Below, in pieces: positions 1 to 11,704 of a stretch of DNA of 64,000 nucleotides; the stretch's first letter is position 1, and each line of letters opens with the position of its first letter. A program made the position numbers and the translations under genes. Source of the DNA: an uncultured delta proteobacterium (GTDB lineage Bacteria > Desulfobacterota > Syntrophia > Syntrophales > UBA2185); the NCBI GenBank assembly GCA_963695875.1, contig CAVOID010000011.1:64001-128000 (forward strand), read 5' to 3'. Below the pieces are notes generated by a model. The model was not told the DNA's origin. It did not search any database and worked only from the letters and a program-made list of their open reading frames with translations.

Positions 1-50
1 GGAACTATACCATGAATGAGTTCCGGGCCGGAATCATTAAGAAAGAGTAA
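1..50 (+). CDS. 3' end of an upstream gene, possibly the hydantoinase A/oxoprolinase partner subunit (partial)
   Basis: Open frame NYTMNEFRAGIIKKE ending at TAA 48-50, directly before the AGGAG RBS of the hydantoinase B gene; identity inferred from context only. Confidence 0.35.
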   Translation, partial: NYTMNEFRAGIIKKE

Positions 51-65
51 AAGGAGAATCCCGCC

Positions 66-2123
66 ATGCCTGTCAGCCGACAGCAACTGCTCGACTGGAT
101 CAAGCCGGAAAAACCGACCGTTGAGGAACTCGATTGCCTCCGGGCCCTGAAGCCCGGTGATTATGAAATTTACTCCGAGAAACTGAACATGATCCTTGAT
201 GAAGCGGCGGAGGTATTCGTTAAGACCGGTGTTTCCTCCATGCTTCATTCCGGCGACCTGGTGGTGGGTCTTTACACCGCCGCGGGCGACATGGTTGCCG
301 CTTCGTGCGGCACTTATCTCCACGCCGTAACTGCCCAGTTGCCGATCAAGTATATCCTCCACGCCTTCCGTAACGAGCCCAGCGTGGGCATCCGCGAGGG
401 CGATATTTTCTACTGCAACGACGGGCTTTATGGAGGCATTCATAACCCGGACCAGATCGCCATTATGCCCATCTTCTTTGAGAACGTGCTGATTGCCTGG
501 TCCTGTGCCGCCGTCCACCAGCCGGAGACCGGGGCAACCGAACCAGGCGGCATGCCTGCATCGGCAAAGAGCCGTCACCATGAGGGCATGAAGCTCTCAC
601 CTATCAGGATCGGCGAGAACTACCAGCTGCGGGCGGACCTGATGGAGATGATGGAGAACATGATCTCCCGGGCCCCGCGGATGCAGGTCATCGACGTACG
701 TGCGCGGGTAACCGCTGCCGACCGGATAAGGGTTCGGACTCAGGAACTGGCGGCTACAGCGGGCGCCCGCCTGCTTACCGGCCTGTTCCGCCAGATGCTC
801 ATCAACTCCGAGGAAGGAGCCCGCAAGCGAATTCGCGGCTGGTGTGACGGTACCTACCGGGCCGTCTCATTCGCTGATACTCTCGGGACGGTGGAATCGC
901 TGATCAGGACAATGCTCGCCATAATTAAACAGGGTGAAGAGCTGACCTTCGACTTCACCGGGACTTCCCCGGAAAACGAAGGGCCCGTCAACGCTTTTGC
1001 CCACATCACCGCGGCACACATGGCCATCTATCTGTACGCATATGCCTTCCATGATCTGCCGATCAGCTCCGGCACCTTTGCCCCGCTGAAGTTCATCGTG
1101 CCTGCAGGGTCACTCCTCAACGCCAGTCCGGAGGCGGCCATCTCCCAATCGGTCTATGCCTGCTACCAGGTCACCGTGCTGGCACCGATCGTCTTCAGCA
1201 AGATGATGTATGCGAGCGCACAACGGAATCTGGTGACGGCCGGAGCCGGCAATAACCATACCGTACCCTTCATTTACGCGGGCATCAACCAGTACGGGGC
1301 AAGGGTAGCCGACTTGCTGGCTTACCCTTTCAACGCCGAGGGAGGCGGGGCCAGGTCCGATATGGATGGCGTGGACTGCTACGGCTTTCCTTACGCCCAC
1401 TATGGCCGTGGGCCGGACGTGGAGGATGTGGAAAACGAGACGATGTTTCTCCACCTCTTTCAGAACATCTTGTCCGACAGCGGCGGGATCGGCAAGTTCC
1501 GGGGCGGTACGGCAGTCCAGACCATGCTCCTGCTCTACCACACACCACGCGTAGCCGTAAGCACCATGGGCATCACGACCCGGGTCGCGGTGGGTCAGGG
1601 TCTCTTCGGCGGCTATCCGCCGGATATCGTGCCCGGCATACAGGTGGCAGGGAGCAATACCCTGGAACTGATGAAAGCAGGAGCGGAACTACCCCGGGAC
1701 AGCAGGGAACTGGCAGCTAGATGCAGCATCGCGGGGACATACAGCTTTGAGCGGACGGCGCGTCCGAGCCGCATGCTCTCCAAGGGCGACCTGATCACCG
1801 CCATCGGTTCCGGCGGCAGCGGCTACGGCGACGTGCTTGAAAGGGATCCCGAATTGGTCGCCGCAGATGTCCGCTCCAGCCGCGTGTCCCGCTGGTCAGC
1901 CGAGAATGTTTACCGGGTTGCCATCGACGGAAAAACCGGCCTCGTCGATCAGAAACAAACCGCACGGCTGCGGGAGGAGGAGCGGCAGGCCCGCCTGGCA
2001 CGGGGGATGTCCTTCGAGGAGTTTATGAAAGACTGGAGCACCCTCAAACCGCCGGCGGACATGCTAGGCTTTTACGGTAACTGGCCCGATGCCTCACCCA
2101 ACAGGCTGATCATGCGTCTCTAA
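66..2123 (+). CDS. Hydantoinase B/oxoprolinase family protein (acetone/acetophenone carboxylase large-subunit-like)
   Basis: 685 aa; motifs GDIFYCND..GGIHNPD, VHQPETG, EG..LSP, DSGGIGKFRGG, GGSGYGDVLERDP. Confidence 0.9.
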   Translation: MPVSRQQLLDWIKPEKPTVEELDCLRALKPGDYEIYSEKLNMILDEAAEVFVKTGVSSMLHSGDLVVGLYTAAGDMVAASCGTYLHAVTAQLPIKYILHAFRNEPSVGIREGDIFYCNDGLYGGIHNPDQIAIMPIFFENVLIAWSCAAVHQPETGATEPGGMPASAKSRHHEGMKLSPIRIGENYQLRADLMEMMENMISRAPRMQVIDVRARVTAADRIRVRTQELAATAGARLLTGLFRQMLINSEEGARKRIRGWCDGTYRAVSFADTLGTVESLIRTMLAIIKQGEELTFDFTGTSPENEGPVNAFAHITAAHMAIYLYAYAFHDLPISSGTFAPLKFIVPAGSLLNASPEAAISQSVYACYQVTVLAPIVFSKMMYASAQRNLVTAGAGNNHTVPFIYAGINQYGARVADLLAYPFNAEGGGARSDMDGVDCYGFPYAHYGRGPDVEDVENETMFLHLFQNILSDSGGIGKFRGGTAVQTMLLLYHTPRVAVSTMGITTRVAVGQGLFGGYPPDIVPGIQVAGSNTLELMKAGAELPRDSRELAARCSIAGTYSFERTARPSRMLSKGDLITAIGSGGSGYGDVLERDPELVAADVRSSRVSRWSAENVYRVAIDGKTGLVDQKQTARLREEERQARLARGMSFEEFMKDWSTLKPPADMLGFYGNWPDASPNRLIMRL

Positions 2124-2149
2124 GAACCATCCCACAGGAAACAAGAACG

Positions 2150-3010
2150 ATGGGGAAAACCCGCTTCCAAGACTTGATCGCCCATGGTCCACTCTTCATA
2201 CCCCGCTGGGGCAGCTACCTCGGCCGGTTAGAGCAGCGACCGACACCTGAGATCTTCGAAAATCCGGTACGGCTGTGCATGGCCCTCCGACGGACACAGC
2301 AACTCTTCGCCCTGAACGCAATTTGCATCGACCTGTCCGCGGAACGGATCATCTGTTCGCATCCATTGAAGATGAATGAACCTCGGAGTGATTTTGAGGT
2401 CATGCTGGAGGCTTATCGAGGACTCAGCCGGATCATCGAACCTGCAGTCGGGCTTTTCTCGTATATACCGGGACCGGGAAACTTGAGCCGGGCGATTGTC
2501 CGGCCGGCTTCACTAACAGAAACTGCATGGTTCGAGCGGTGTCGTGATACCGTATTTTCCCTCATACGTCACCTGGGCGAGGCAAACATCTTTACTGCGG
2601 TTTTCATCGATGAGGGCATGATTAATACAACGGATTTCTCCGCCGGTCACTGCCGGACTCTCCGGGCGATTTTCAATCTCCTTACCTTCTATGAATTGGC
2701 GGTGATGTTGATCAGGCAGGCGCCGCCGGATGAGGAAGCGGCTCAATCCGGGATCGAAGAGTTGAACCCTACAGCCATCGTATTCCAATCCGACCGGACA
2801 ACAGTCGCGAAGAACCCGGCATTCACAGGGTTAACAGGCCGGGCCATCTCTCCGGGACTCCTTACAAGCGGCAACGACGTTGCAGTCAGGACAATCTCTG
2901 ATATGCTCGAACATGGGGTTGCCATCATTACCACTGCCGGCGAAGTTCCCCCGAATGTGGAACCCCGAACTATTCATGCTTTCAGCCGACACATTCGTGA
3001 TCATACCTGA
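2150..3010 (+). CDS. Hypothetical protein, divergent URO-D/MtaA-like TIM-barrel
   Basis: 286 aa; IPGPG motif and C-terminal ITTAGEVPPNVEPRTIHAF resemble URO-D/methylcobamide methyltransferase family ends. Confidence 0.45.
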   Translation: MGKTRFQDLIAHGPLFIPRWGSYLGRLEQRPTPEIFENPVRLCMALRRTQQLFALNAICIDLSAERIICSHPLKMNEPRSDFEVMLEAYRGLSRIIEPAVGLFSYIPGPGNLSRAIVRPASLTETAWFERCRDTVFSLIRHLGEANIFTAVFIDEGMINTTDFSAGHCRTLRAIFNLLTFYELAVMLIRQAPPDEEAAQSGIEELNPTAIVFQSDRTTVAKNPAFTGLTGRAISPGLLTSGNDVAVRTISDMLEHGVAIITTAGEVPPNVEPRTIHAFSRHIRDHT

Positions 3011-3012
3011 TA

Positions 3013-5374
3013 TTATTTCTCCAGGGCAATCTTCAAGACCTCAAGCATTTCATCGACAAAGTAAAATTGAATGTCCTTCTGGACCTTATGGGGAATGTCC
3101 ACTAAATCCTTCTTGTTCCATTTAGGCAGGATTAATGTTTTAATGCCGGCGCGGTGGGCCGCCAGAACCTTTTCCTTAATACCCCCGACAGGAAGCACAA
3201 GCCCACGCAAAGTAATTTCACCGGTCATGGCGAGGTCGTCCTTGACCTTCCTCCCGGTAAGAAGCGACGCCAGGGCCGTGAGCATGGTGACACCTGCCGA
3301 TGGTCCGTCCTTGGGAATAGCACCGGCCGGTACATGGATATGAATATCATTCTCTTCAAAAAAATCGACGTTGATACCGATATCTCCTGCATTTGACCGG
3401 ATAAAACTTAAGGCAGCTGCTGCCGATTCCTTCATTACTTCGCCCGAGCTGCCCCGTCAATGTCAGAGCTTTTTTCCCTTTCATGGCCGTAGCTTCGACA
3501 AAGAGGATATCGCCGCCTGTCGGTGTCCAGGCAAGGCCTGTCGCCACACCCGGTTTGGATGTTCTTGCGCTGACTTCCGAAATAATGCGGATGGGGCCCA
3601 GATATTTGTGCAGATCCTTAACCTTGATGAAAGCATTTTTCAGATCCCCTTCGGCCACCATGCTCGCTACTCCCCGGCATACGGTGCCGATCTCCCGTTC
3701 AAGATTTCTCAGGCCGGCTTCCCGCGTATATCCTGAAATGATCTGATTGATTGCCGCTCTCGTAAAGCTTATCTGTTCTGAAGAAAGACCGTTGGCCGAT
3801 ATCTGTCTGGGGATAAGATACCGCTCGGCAATCTTGACCTTCTCATCCTGTGTGTAGCCGGGAAGCTCGATAACTTCCATCCTGTCACGCAGTGCCGGAG
3901 GGATCGTATCCAGGATATTCGCAGTGGTAATGAATATGACGTGGGAGAGATCAAACGGTACATCCAGATAATGATCCATAAAAGAATAATTCTGCTCCGG
4001 ATCGAGTACTTCAAGGAGCGCTGAGGATGGGTCTCCCCGGAAATCGCTGCCGACCTTGTCTATTTCATCCAGGACAAATACAGGATTATTAGATTCCGCC
4101 CTTCTGATGCCTTGAATAATGCGGCCCGGAAGGGCTCCCACGTATGTGCGGCGGTGCCCGCGGATTTCTGCTTCGTCCCTCACACCTCCGAGAGCAATGC
4201 GCACAAATTTACGGCCCAGGGCATGGGCGATGGAAAGGGCCAGGGAAGTCTTACCTGTGCCGGGAGGTCCTGCAAAACACAGGATCGGTCCTTTTGAATC
4301 GGGCTTCAGCTTCCGCACGGCAAGGTACTCCACGATACGCTTTTTGGGTTTTTCTAGCCCGAAATGGTCTTCATCCAGTGTTTTTCTCGCCTTTTTGATA
4401 TCAAGAATATCTTCCGTACTTTCAGTCCATGGAAGGGCTGTCATCCAGTCCAGGTAAGTGGACGACACTGTGTATTCAGCGGAAGACGGATGCATACGGG
4501 ACAGGCGCTCCAGCTCGCGAAGAGCTTCTTTTTTTGCTTCTTCCGGAAGATTTTTTTTCTCTATCTTGGCGCGGTATTCGTCGACTTCAACCTTTGTTTC
4601 ATCCGTCTCTCCCAATTCCTGCTTTATCGCTTTGAGCTGTTGACGGAGGTAGTATTCACGCTGAGTTTTATCTATATCATCCTTTATCTGGGACTGGATC
4701 TTGCTGCCCAATTCAAGAATCTCCACCTGGTGATTTATGAGGCGAGTGACTTCTCTCAGACGCTGTTTAACGTCGATTATTTCCAGGATATTCTGTTTTT
4801 CTTCCGCCGTGGCATTTATGATGGATGCAATTACGTCAGCCAATACACCGGGAGAAGTGATAGACTTGGCCATAGTACCGAACTCTTGAGGCAAAACCGG
4901 TGACAGCTTGACCATCTTTTCAAACAGCCCGGTAAGATTTGTCATAAGCGCCTCTACCTCTATATCCTTTTCCACTACATCTTCCACAACCTCCACCCGT
5001 GCCTGAGAATATGACTTGCCCTCTACAAATTCTACAATTTTACATCTGCTGATACCCTGAACAAGAAGATTTGCCCCACTGTCCCCTACTTTTGCCATCC
5101 TCAGGATCACAACAATCGTCCCCACGTTATAAAAATCCTCATGTCTGTCTTTGACCTCTAATGGCGGTTTCTTGGACATGACGAGTCCGATGATACGATC
5201 CGCAGCCATCGCCTCATCGACGAGGGTAATAGAATGCTCACCGATAACCTCCAGCGGAAATACCATATTCGGAAAGACTACAATGTTAAATAAAGGCATG
5301 ATAGGCAAGATATCCGGTATGTTAAGAGTTTTTAATTCCTCGGGCGGTTTCTGATCCGGCATATAAACCTCCAA
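3013..5374 (-). CDS. lon: ATP-dependent Lon protease (frameshift near 3440)
   Basis: LON N-domain, Walker [23 protein letters not shown]-terminal PKDGPSAG catalytic Ser in ORF 3013-3435. Confidence 0.95.
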
Positions 5375-5420
5375 AATGGATTTACTGGTTGAACTATATT
5401 AAATGAATCATATAGTGTGA

Positions 5421-5858
5421 TTAGTCTTCCAGAATAGGTATCCTACGGACTTTATCCAAAGGCAACTTAGCCATCCAGATTTGCAGAAGCCCATCCGTAT
5501 ACGTTGCTTTAACCGAATCGGTATCAACGGGATAGGGAAGAGTAAGTTTTCTTTCAAAATATCCGTATGTGATTTCAGCCAGGTGATATCTTGTATTTCC
5601 CGTAACCGGCTTTTCCCGCTTTCCATAAATTCTCAGCACCCTCTGATCAATCTCCAAAAACAGATCCTCCCTTCGGGCACCTGCAATATCGACCAATATC
5701 ATGATCTCATCAGGAGATTCATAAATATCCACCTGAGGCCTCCATACATTTTGATAAACGGCAAAAGTTGAGTTAAGCAACCGGAACATCTCATCGAAAC
5801 TTCGTCGAAATTCGGAATCAATACCTCCGAGACCATCTGAAAATCTTATTTTTATCAT
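5421..5858 (-). CDS. Hsp20/alpha-crystallin small heat shock protein
   Basis: WRPQVDIYE, YGYFER, ATYTDGLL motifs; upstream of lon. Confidence 0.9.
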   Translation of the reverse strand: MIKIRFSDGLGGIDSEFRRSFDEMFRLLNSTFAVYQNVWRPQVDIYESPDEIMILVDIAGARREDLFLEIDQRVLRIYGKREKPVTGNTRYHLAEITYGYFERKLTLPYPVDTDSVKATYTDGLLQIWMAKLPLDKVRRIPILED

Positions 5859-6124
5859 TTTCGTCTCCTGTATATTGACGGTAAGTAATGCTGTCTATTG
5901 TAATTAAAGTTAGCACTAATAAACACATTTTGTAAAGAATTTCTATACCACAAGCGCAATGATCGTTTCCCTTCATTTTTACCTGGCATCATGATATATA
6001 ATTCGACCTGTTCAACAAATGACTCTTTGAAACATACGTGATGGAGTGCCGTCACAAAAAATATTGAAATCCTTCCTGCCTCCACTTTGCTGAAGGGAGG
6101 ATGGGGGATTTTTTGAGGTCTCCT

Positions 6125-6679
6125 ATGCTTCTCAAACCCTGGACTATTATTTCAAGCCGCGTTGACAAATCTTACCGGGTTTTCAACCTGCGCGCCGATC
6201 GTGCCTGTTCGCCACGCACAAACCAGACGCATGATTTTTATGTTCTGGAGTCTCCGCCATGGGTCAACATCATCCCCCTGACACCAGAGAACGATGTTGT
6301 ATTAATCCATCAGTACCGCCTTGGCATTCGAGATATTACTCTGGAGATTCCCGGCGGACTTGTTGAAGACTCCGACTCACCCGAAGAGGCAGCCCGCCGT
6401 GAACTGTGGGAAGAAACAGGTTACCGCGAAGAAACGCTTATCCCGCTTGGCGCTATACATCCTAACCCGGCTATTCAAAATAATCTTTGCTATACATTCC
6501 TTGCCAGGAATGTACTCCCCATGGGACAACAGAATCAGGATGAACGCGAGGACATCGAAGTGGTTCTCCGTCCACTTTCAGAGATTCCCCGGCTGATTAG
6601 AGAGGGAATGATTACCCATGCCCTGGTCATTGCGGCATTTTACCGCTTTTATATGGAGTATCTGCCGGACATGAAATGA
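6125..6679 (+). CDS. NUDIX hydrolase (ADP-ribose pyrophosphatase-like)
   Basis: Nudix box GLVEDSDSPEEAARRELWEETGY; start 6125 or 6101. Confidence 0.9.
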   Translation: MLLKPWTIISSRVDKSYRVFNLRADRACSPRTNQTHDFYVLESPPWVNIIPLTPENDVVLIHQYRLGIRDITLEIPGGLVEDSDSPEEAARRELWEETGYREETLIPLGAIHPNPAIQNNLCYTFLARNVLPMGQQNQDEREDIEVVLRPLSEIPRLIREGMITHALVIAAFYRFYMEYLPDMK

Positions 6680-8413
6680 AAACAGAACAAGACAGAAGTG
6701 TGGTCGACGTCATCAAGAATCGCATTCAGGCAGCGCGGGGGGAAATCGAGCCTGATCTGATCTTGAAGGGCGGCATGGTAATCAATGTATTTTCTCACGA
6801 GGTCATAGAGGCAGATGTGGCCATCTATGATGGTGTCATCGTGGGACTCGGAGCATACGAAGGAGCCAGGACCGTCGACGTAAAAGGACAGTACATCTGC
6901 CCCGGCTTTATCGATGGGCATTTCCACATTGAAAGTACCATGCTTTCACCGCCTGAACTTGCCAAGGCAGTCCTTCCCCGCGGAACCACCGCAATCAGTT
7001 GCCGATCCGCATGAGATTGCCAACGTACTGGGAAAGAAAGGCATCCGGTACATCATGGAGAGCAGCCGAGGTCTTCCTGTAGATTTTTATATCATGCTGC
7101 CTTCATGTGTTCCTGCAACCCATCTGGAAACTTCCGGAGCTCATTTATCCCGTGAAGATCTGATAACTTTCACGGGCGAGCGGCGTGTTCTGGGCCTTGC
7201 GGAAATGATGAATTACCCCGGGGTTATAACAGGTGTAAACGACGTGTTGGAAAAGATTACAGCCTTCTGCGATATGGTTAAGGATGGTCATGCCCCCCTT
7301 CTTACCGGCAAAGACCTCAATGCCTATATTACCGCCGGGCTTCGTTCGGATCATGAATGTACCGGGCTTTCGGAAGCCAGGGAAAAAATGAGGCTGGGTA
7401 TGCATATCATGCTCAGGGAGGGAACCCAGGAAAAAAATTTGAAAGCTCTTCTGCCACTTGTTTCACCGGCCACAGTGGGGCAATGTTCAATGGTTTCCGA
7501 TGACCTCCATCCCCATGATCTCTTGCACAGGGGCCATTTGAATCATCTGGTCGACATGGCCATAAATTATGGCATCGATCCCATCCTTGCCGTCATTATG
7601 GTTACACTCAGCACGGCCCGTTTCTTCGGCTTAAAGGATCTCGGTGCCGTGGCCCCTGGCTATCAGGCCGATCTGCTGATACTGTCGTCACTCAGACCAG
7701 TGGAAGTACAGACCGTCATAAAGAATGGGCATATCGTCTGCGAAGGTGGACACTATACCGCTCCTATACGACAACAATCCCCGATGGATTACCTGACTGC
7801 CATGAACATCAAGCCTTATGGTCCGGATTCATTCGTCATACCTGAAAAAGGTGAGTTTATTCGTGTAATCGGCATGATCAAAGACCAGATAATCACAAAG
7901 AGCGCTGTTACAAAGGCCCCCATAGAAAACGGGGTCGTGGTATCAGATATCCAAAAGGATTTAATCAAAATTGCTGTTATTGAGCGTCATCATAACACGG
8001 GAAACATCGGGCTCGGTATGGTTCATGGATTCGGTTTAAAGCAAGGCGCCCTTGCTTCATCTATTGCCCATGACTCCCATAACATCATATCTGTGGGATG
8101 CAATGATCCGGATATGTATAAAGCAGTCAAGACCGTGGAAACTATGGGAGGAGGCCTTGCCGCCGTCAAAGACGGAGAGGTTCTGGCAAGGCTTCCGCTT
8201 CCGATTGCCGGACTCATGTCTGAGTTGCCTCTCAAGCAAGTAGCTCATAACCGGAAGGAAATGATACATGTCTCGAGGTATTTAGGTTGTCATTTAAAAG
8301 AACCTTTTATGGCCCTTTCCTTCCTGGCATTGCCTGTCATCCCGGCGTTGAAAATTACAGATAAAGGACTGGTTGATGTAACACAATTTATACATGTACC
8401 ATTGTTTGTATGA
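6676..8413 (+). CDS. ade: Adenine deaminase (frameshift near 7000)
   Basis: PGFIDGHFHIES, ADPHEIANV, GLAEMMNYPG, SDHEC, AHDSHN. Confidence 0.93.
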
Positions 8414-8670
8414 GGTTGACCCTCCCATCTGTCCCGGAAGTTGTCCTGAGTCTGTTATAGGATGCCAGTCTTCATAGGTAGCATATACCTATCATTGTTC
8501 TTCTATTTTATCCTCATTGCCTTCTGTAGATCAGCGCATTACTCTGCACTTATATTCACGAACATAAAAGTGAATTTCTATTAAACATCTAAATATACGC
8601 GGGTGTCATCACTTTAGTAGGACAATGGATTCTTAGAGCTTAGAGTCTTAATTATAATGGGGAGGAAGAT

Positions 8671-9192
8671 ATGGAAATCGAAGGGAAACGAATTGTCTTA
8701 CTGGTAGAAGACCGCTATCAGGTTTTGGAACTGTGGTACCCGCTGATCAGGCTCCGGGAGGCCGGAGCCGAGGTGACAGTGGCGGGCCCGGAGGGTGGGA
8801 GTGTTTACAAAAGCGGTCAGGGCTATGAAATCACAGCCGATGCTTCTGCTCGCAGCATCGGGATTCAGGAATATGATGCGATAATTGTTCCGGGTGGATA
8901 TGCCCCCGATTTAATGCGGCGCAATCCTGCGATGGTCGCACTCGTGAGGGATGCATATGATCAGGGTAAAGTGGTGGCGGCTATCTGTCATGCCGGTTGG
9001 ATGCTGGCTTCGGCTGGCATCGTTCGAGGTAAGCGGGTTACCAGCTTCTACAGCATAAAGGATGATATGATCAACGCCGGAGCAATCTGGCTGGATGAAC
9101 CTGTCGTCTGTGACGGCCGGATCATAACTTCGCGCAAACCCGAAGATCTGCCTTTCTTTTGCCGTGAGATTATCTCCGCACTCTCGAAATGA
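8671..9192 (+). CDS. PfpI/DJ-1 family protein (type 1 glutamine amidotransferase fold)
   Basis: VPGGYAPD, AAICHAGW nucleophile elbow, ITSRKPEDL. Confidence 0.9.
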   Translation: MEIEGKRIVLLVEDRYQVLELWYPLIRLREAGAEVTVAGPEGGSVYKSGQGYEITADASARSIGIQEYDAIIVPGGYAPDLMRRNPAMVALVRDAYDQGKVVAAICHAGWMLASAGIVRGKRVTSFYSIKDDMINAGAIWLDEPVVCDGRIITSRKPEDLPFFCREIISALSK

Positions 9193-9364
9193 AGCCGGCA
9201 AACTTAAAGATGAGCAAAATGAATCAAGCGGCAGAGTTGTCATAGAAGAACCGGCTGCCGCGGATTCACTTTGATAATAACTCTTTACCCGGTGTAATTA
9301 ATGCGGAGAAAAGAACCAATCGGATCTTGTGGATAAAGTGCTATTGTATGTAAGGAGGTTTCAA

Positions 9365-9973
9365 ATGGCTGCAAATAAACAAAGAGGTCTATTCCTGACC
9401 CGGTTCAGAATATACTTCCTCTCTATTTTCCTGATTGTGGCATTTCATCCTTCTGATTCCTCAGCCGTAACCTACAGGTGGATAGACTCGAGTGGTACAA
9501 TACACTTGTCAGACAACCTTGATGATGAATCCACTACATACCAGCGCGATTTTGAAATCGTAACGGAACTGCAGGAAACGGGCAGACAAACAATAATCCC
9601 TTTTGAAAGAACAGCATCGGGGCTGGTAGTAGTCAATGCTGTACTGAATGGCGACGTGAAAGTGAGACTGGTTTTTGATACAGGGGCCAACCTTGTCGTT
9701 ATAACCGAGGACATATCAAAAAAATTGCATCAAGATGCATCCCCCGGGGATAAGGTCGTAAAACTTTACACCAACTGTGGAGAAGTCGAAGGTCGGTCTT
9801 TTGTAATTAATAAAATTGAACTGGGAAGCGCACAGAAAGAAAATGTCCGGTCCGTTGTTACTTCCAACAATTATTCCCTCAGCGGCTTCGATGGTCTGCT
9901 CGGTCTTAGCTTTTTAGGAGATTTTAGAGTAACAGTAGACTATCAAAACGAGAGGATCGTCATAGGTAGATAA
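9365..9973 (+). CDS. Secreted retropepsin-like aspartic protease with N-terminal DUF4124-like domain
   Basis: Signal peptide, YRWIDSSGTIHLSD, catalytic FDTGA, GLLGLSFL. Confidence 0.8.
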   Translation: MAANKQRGLFLTRFRIYFLSIFLIVAFHPSDSSAVTYRWIDSSGTIHLSDNLDDESTTYQRDFEIVTELQETGRQTIIPFERTASGLVVVNAVLNGDVKVRLVFDTGANLVVITEDISKKLHQDASPGDKVVKLYTNCGEVEGRSFVINKIELGSAQKENVRSVVTSNNYSLSGFDGLLGLSFLGDFRVTVDYQNERIVIGR

Positions 9974-10268
9974 GATAAATAAGAGGTTGACTCGACGAGA
10001 TGAAGAATCCCGGACGTGTATTACGTGTGGACCGTCTTCATAGGAGATGATGTTCCGGATGATTTCCGAAGCCTTTGTAGAAAATTCCGACAGAGCGCTT
10101 TAAATGCTGGCGATTTCGCGGCCATTTTCCCTTGACACGCAACATACTTTTCCTTACACTTCCCAAAAAGAAAAACTAGATCCTGTCAAAAATAAATTGC
10201 CAAGCGTCTTTTGGATGAGAGATCGTCTAAAAGGTGTCTTTTCGTTTCCATGAAAGTGAGGACAAGAA

Positions 10269-11540
10269 ATGCCCGCTTTTTTCAATAAATTTTTCAGGAA
10301 TCTTTACAAAAAAAAGCCTGCAAAGAATATAGGTCCGGACAAGAAGATTATGATGGATGGGCAAGGGACGATGTCCTACCCGGGAGGTATGAATTATGTG
10401 GGAGAATGGAAAAACGGCAAGTGGGATGGGCAGGGTACACTGAGCTATCCGGGTGGATTGCGTTATGCGGGGGAATGGAAGAACAACAAAATGGATGGTC
10501 AAGGAACTATGACCTTCCCTGACGGTGCACAATATACCGGTCAATTTAAGAACGGTGAGTTCAGCGGACAGGGGGCCATGATGTTTTCCAGCGGGAAAAA
10601 ATATACAGGTGAGTGGAAAGATGGTGAGCCTAATGGTCATGGTACCATGGCGTTTCATGACGGTGCACAATATATAGGTCAGTTTAAGAATGGTGAATTA
10701 GATGGACAGGGAACCATAACCTTCCCCGATGGCAAGACCTATGTGGGACAGTTTAAGAATAATCTCTTTCATGGGCATGGCACGATGTCTGGTGATGATG
10801 GCACACATTATGTCGGGGAATGGAAGGATAATAAGAGAGAAGGGCGGGGAGTTTTGACCTCCCAGGACGGTAGAACATATACCGGGCAGTTCAGAAATGA
10901 TGAGTTAAATGGAGCTGGAACTCTTACAAATCCCAGCGGCAAAAAATATGTAGGGCATTTTAAAGATGGCAAAAAGAATGGAAAAGGGAATTTAACCCTG
11001 TCCGATGGCACTGAATACGTCTGTGAATGGAAGAACGATATGATGGAAGGAAAGGGCACGATAAAGTTTTCAGACGGCAAAACATATGAAGGCCAATTCA
11101 AAGATGGTAAAATGAATGGACATGGGATGTTAACTTTTTCCGACGGAAGAAAATATACCGGACAATTTAAGGATGGAGTTTTGGAAGGACAGGGACTTGC
11201 CAAATTTCCAGACGGTAAATCGTATGTAGGTCAGTGGAAAAACAGTATGTTTGATGGACAGGGGACGATGACATATCCGGATGGTGGGGAGTATATAGGA
11301 CAGTTTGAGAACGGTATGCCTCATGGACAAGGAACAATGACCAGGCCCGACGGTCAATACGTGGGCCAGTTTAAGAACGGAAAGAAAAATGGACAAGGTA
11401 CGATGACTTTTACTAACGGGACGAAATATGCGGGTCAGTTTAAGAATGATGATTATCACGGGCAGGGGACATTAATACTTCCCACCGGCGAAAAATATGC
11501 GGGCGAATGGAAGAACGGCAAGTTTACGGAAGTCAATTAA
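10269..11540 (+). CDS. MORN repeat protein
   Basis: Nearly the whole 423 aa consists of ~23-aa repeats YxGxF/WKNGxxxGQGTxTFxDGxx. Confidence 0.9.
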   Translation: MPAFFNKFFRNLYKKKPAKNIGPDKKIMMDGQGTMSYPGGMNYVGEWKNGKWDGQGTLSYPGGLRYAGEWKNNKMDGQGTMTFPDGAQYTGQFKNGEFSGQGAMMFSSGKKYTGEWKDGEPNGHGTMAFHDGAQYIGQFKNGELDGQGTITFPDGKTYVGQFKNNLFHGHGTMSGDDGTHYVGEWKDNKREGRGVLTSQDGRTYTGQFRNDELNGAGTLTNPSGKKYVGHFKDGKKNGKGNLTLSDGTEYVCEWKNDMMEGKGTIKFSDGKTYEGQFKDGKMNGHGMLTFSDGRKYTGQFKDGVLEGQGLAKFPDGKSYVGQWKNSMFDGQGTMTYPDGGEYIGQFENGMPHGQGTMTRPDGQYVGQFKNGKKNGQGTMTFTNGTKYAGQFKNDDYHGQGTLILPTGEKYAGEWKNGKFTEVN

Positions 11541-11704
11541 CTCATAATAGCAGCAGTCATGTTCTTTCCCCAATCTTCATTTCTTTAGTTTTATCAAAAT
11601 CTCATTATAGTGGTCCGTTGCAAAGAATATTGAAATTCATCCTCTGCCAAAGGTTTCTACAGAAGGGGTAAATGAGGATGAGTGGGGATTTAGGAAGCAG
11701 CAGT

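Noticed and set aside
5910..5936. CIRCE-like TTAGCACT upstream of hsp20-lon
   Set aside because: Only one half-site matches; the second arm (TTTTGTAAA) does not fit GAGTGCTAA
10269..11540. Periodic ~69-bp nucleotide repeats suggestive of a CRISPR array or DGR
   Set aside because: Fully explained by MORN protein repeats in one open frame; no constant repeat/spacer pattern, and no RT or cas genes
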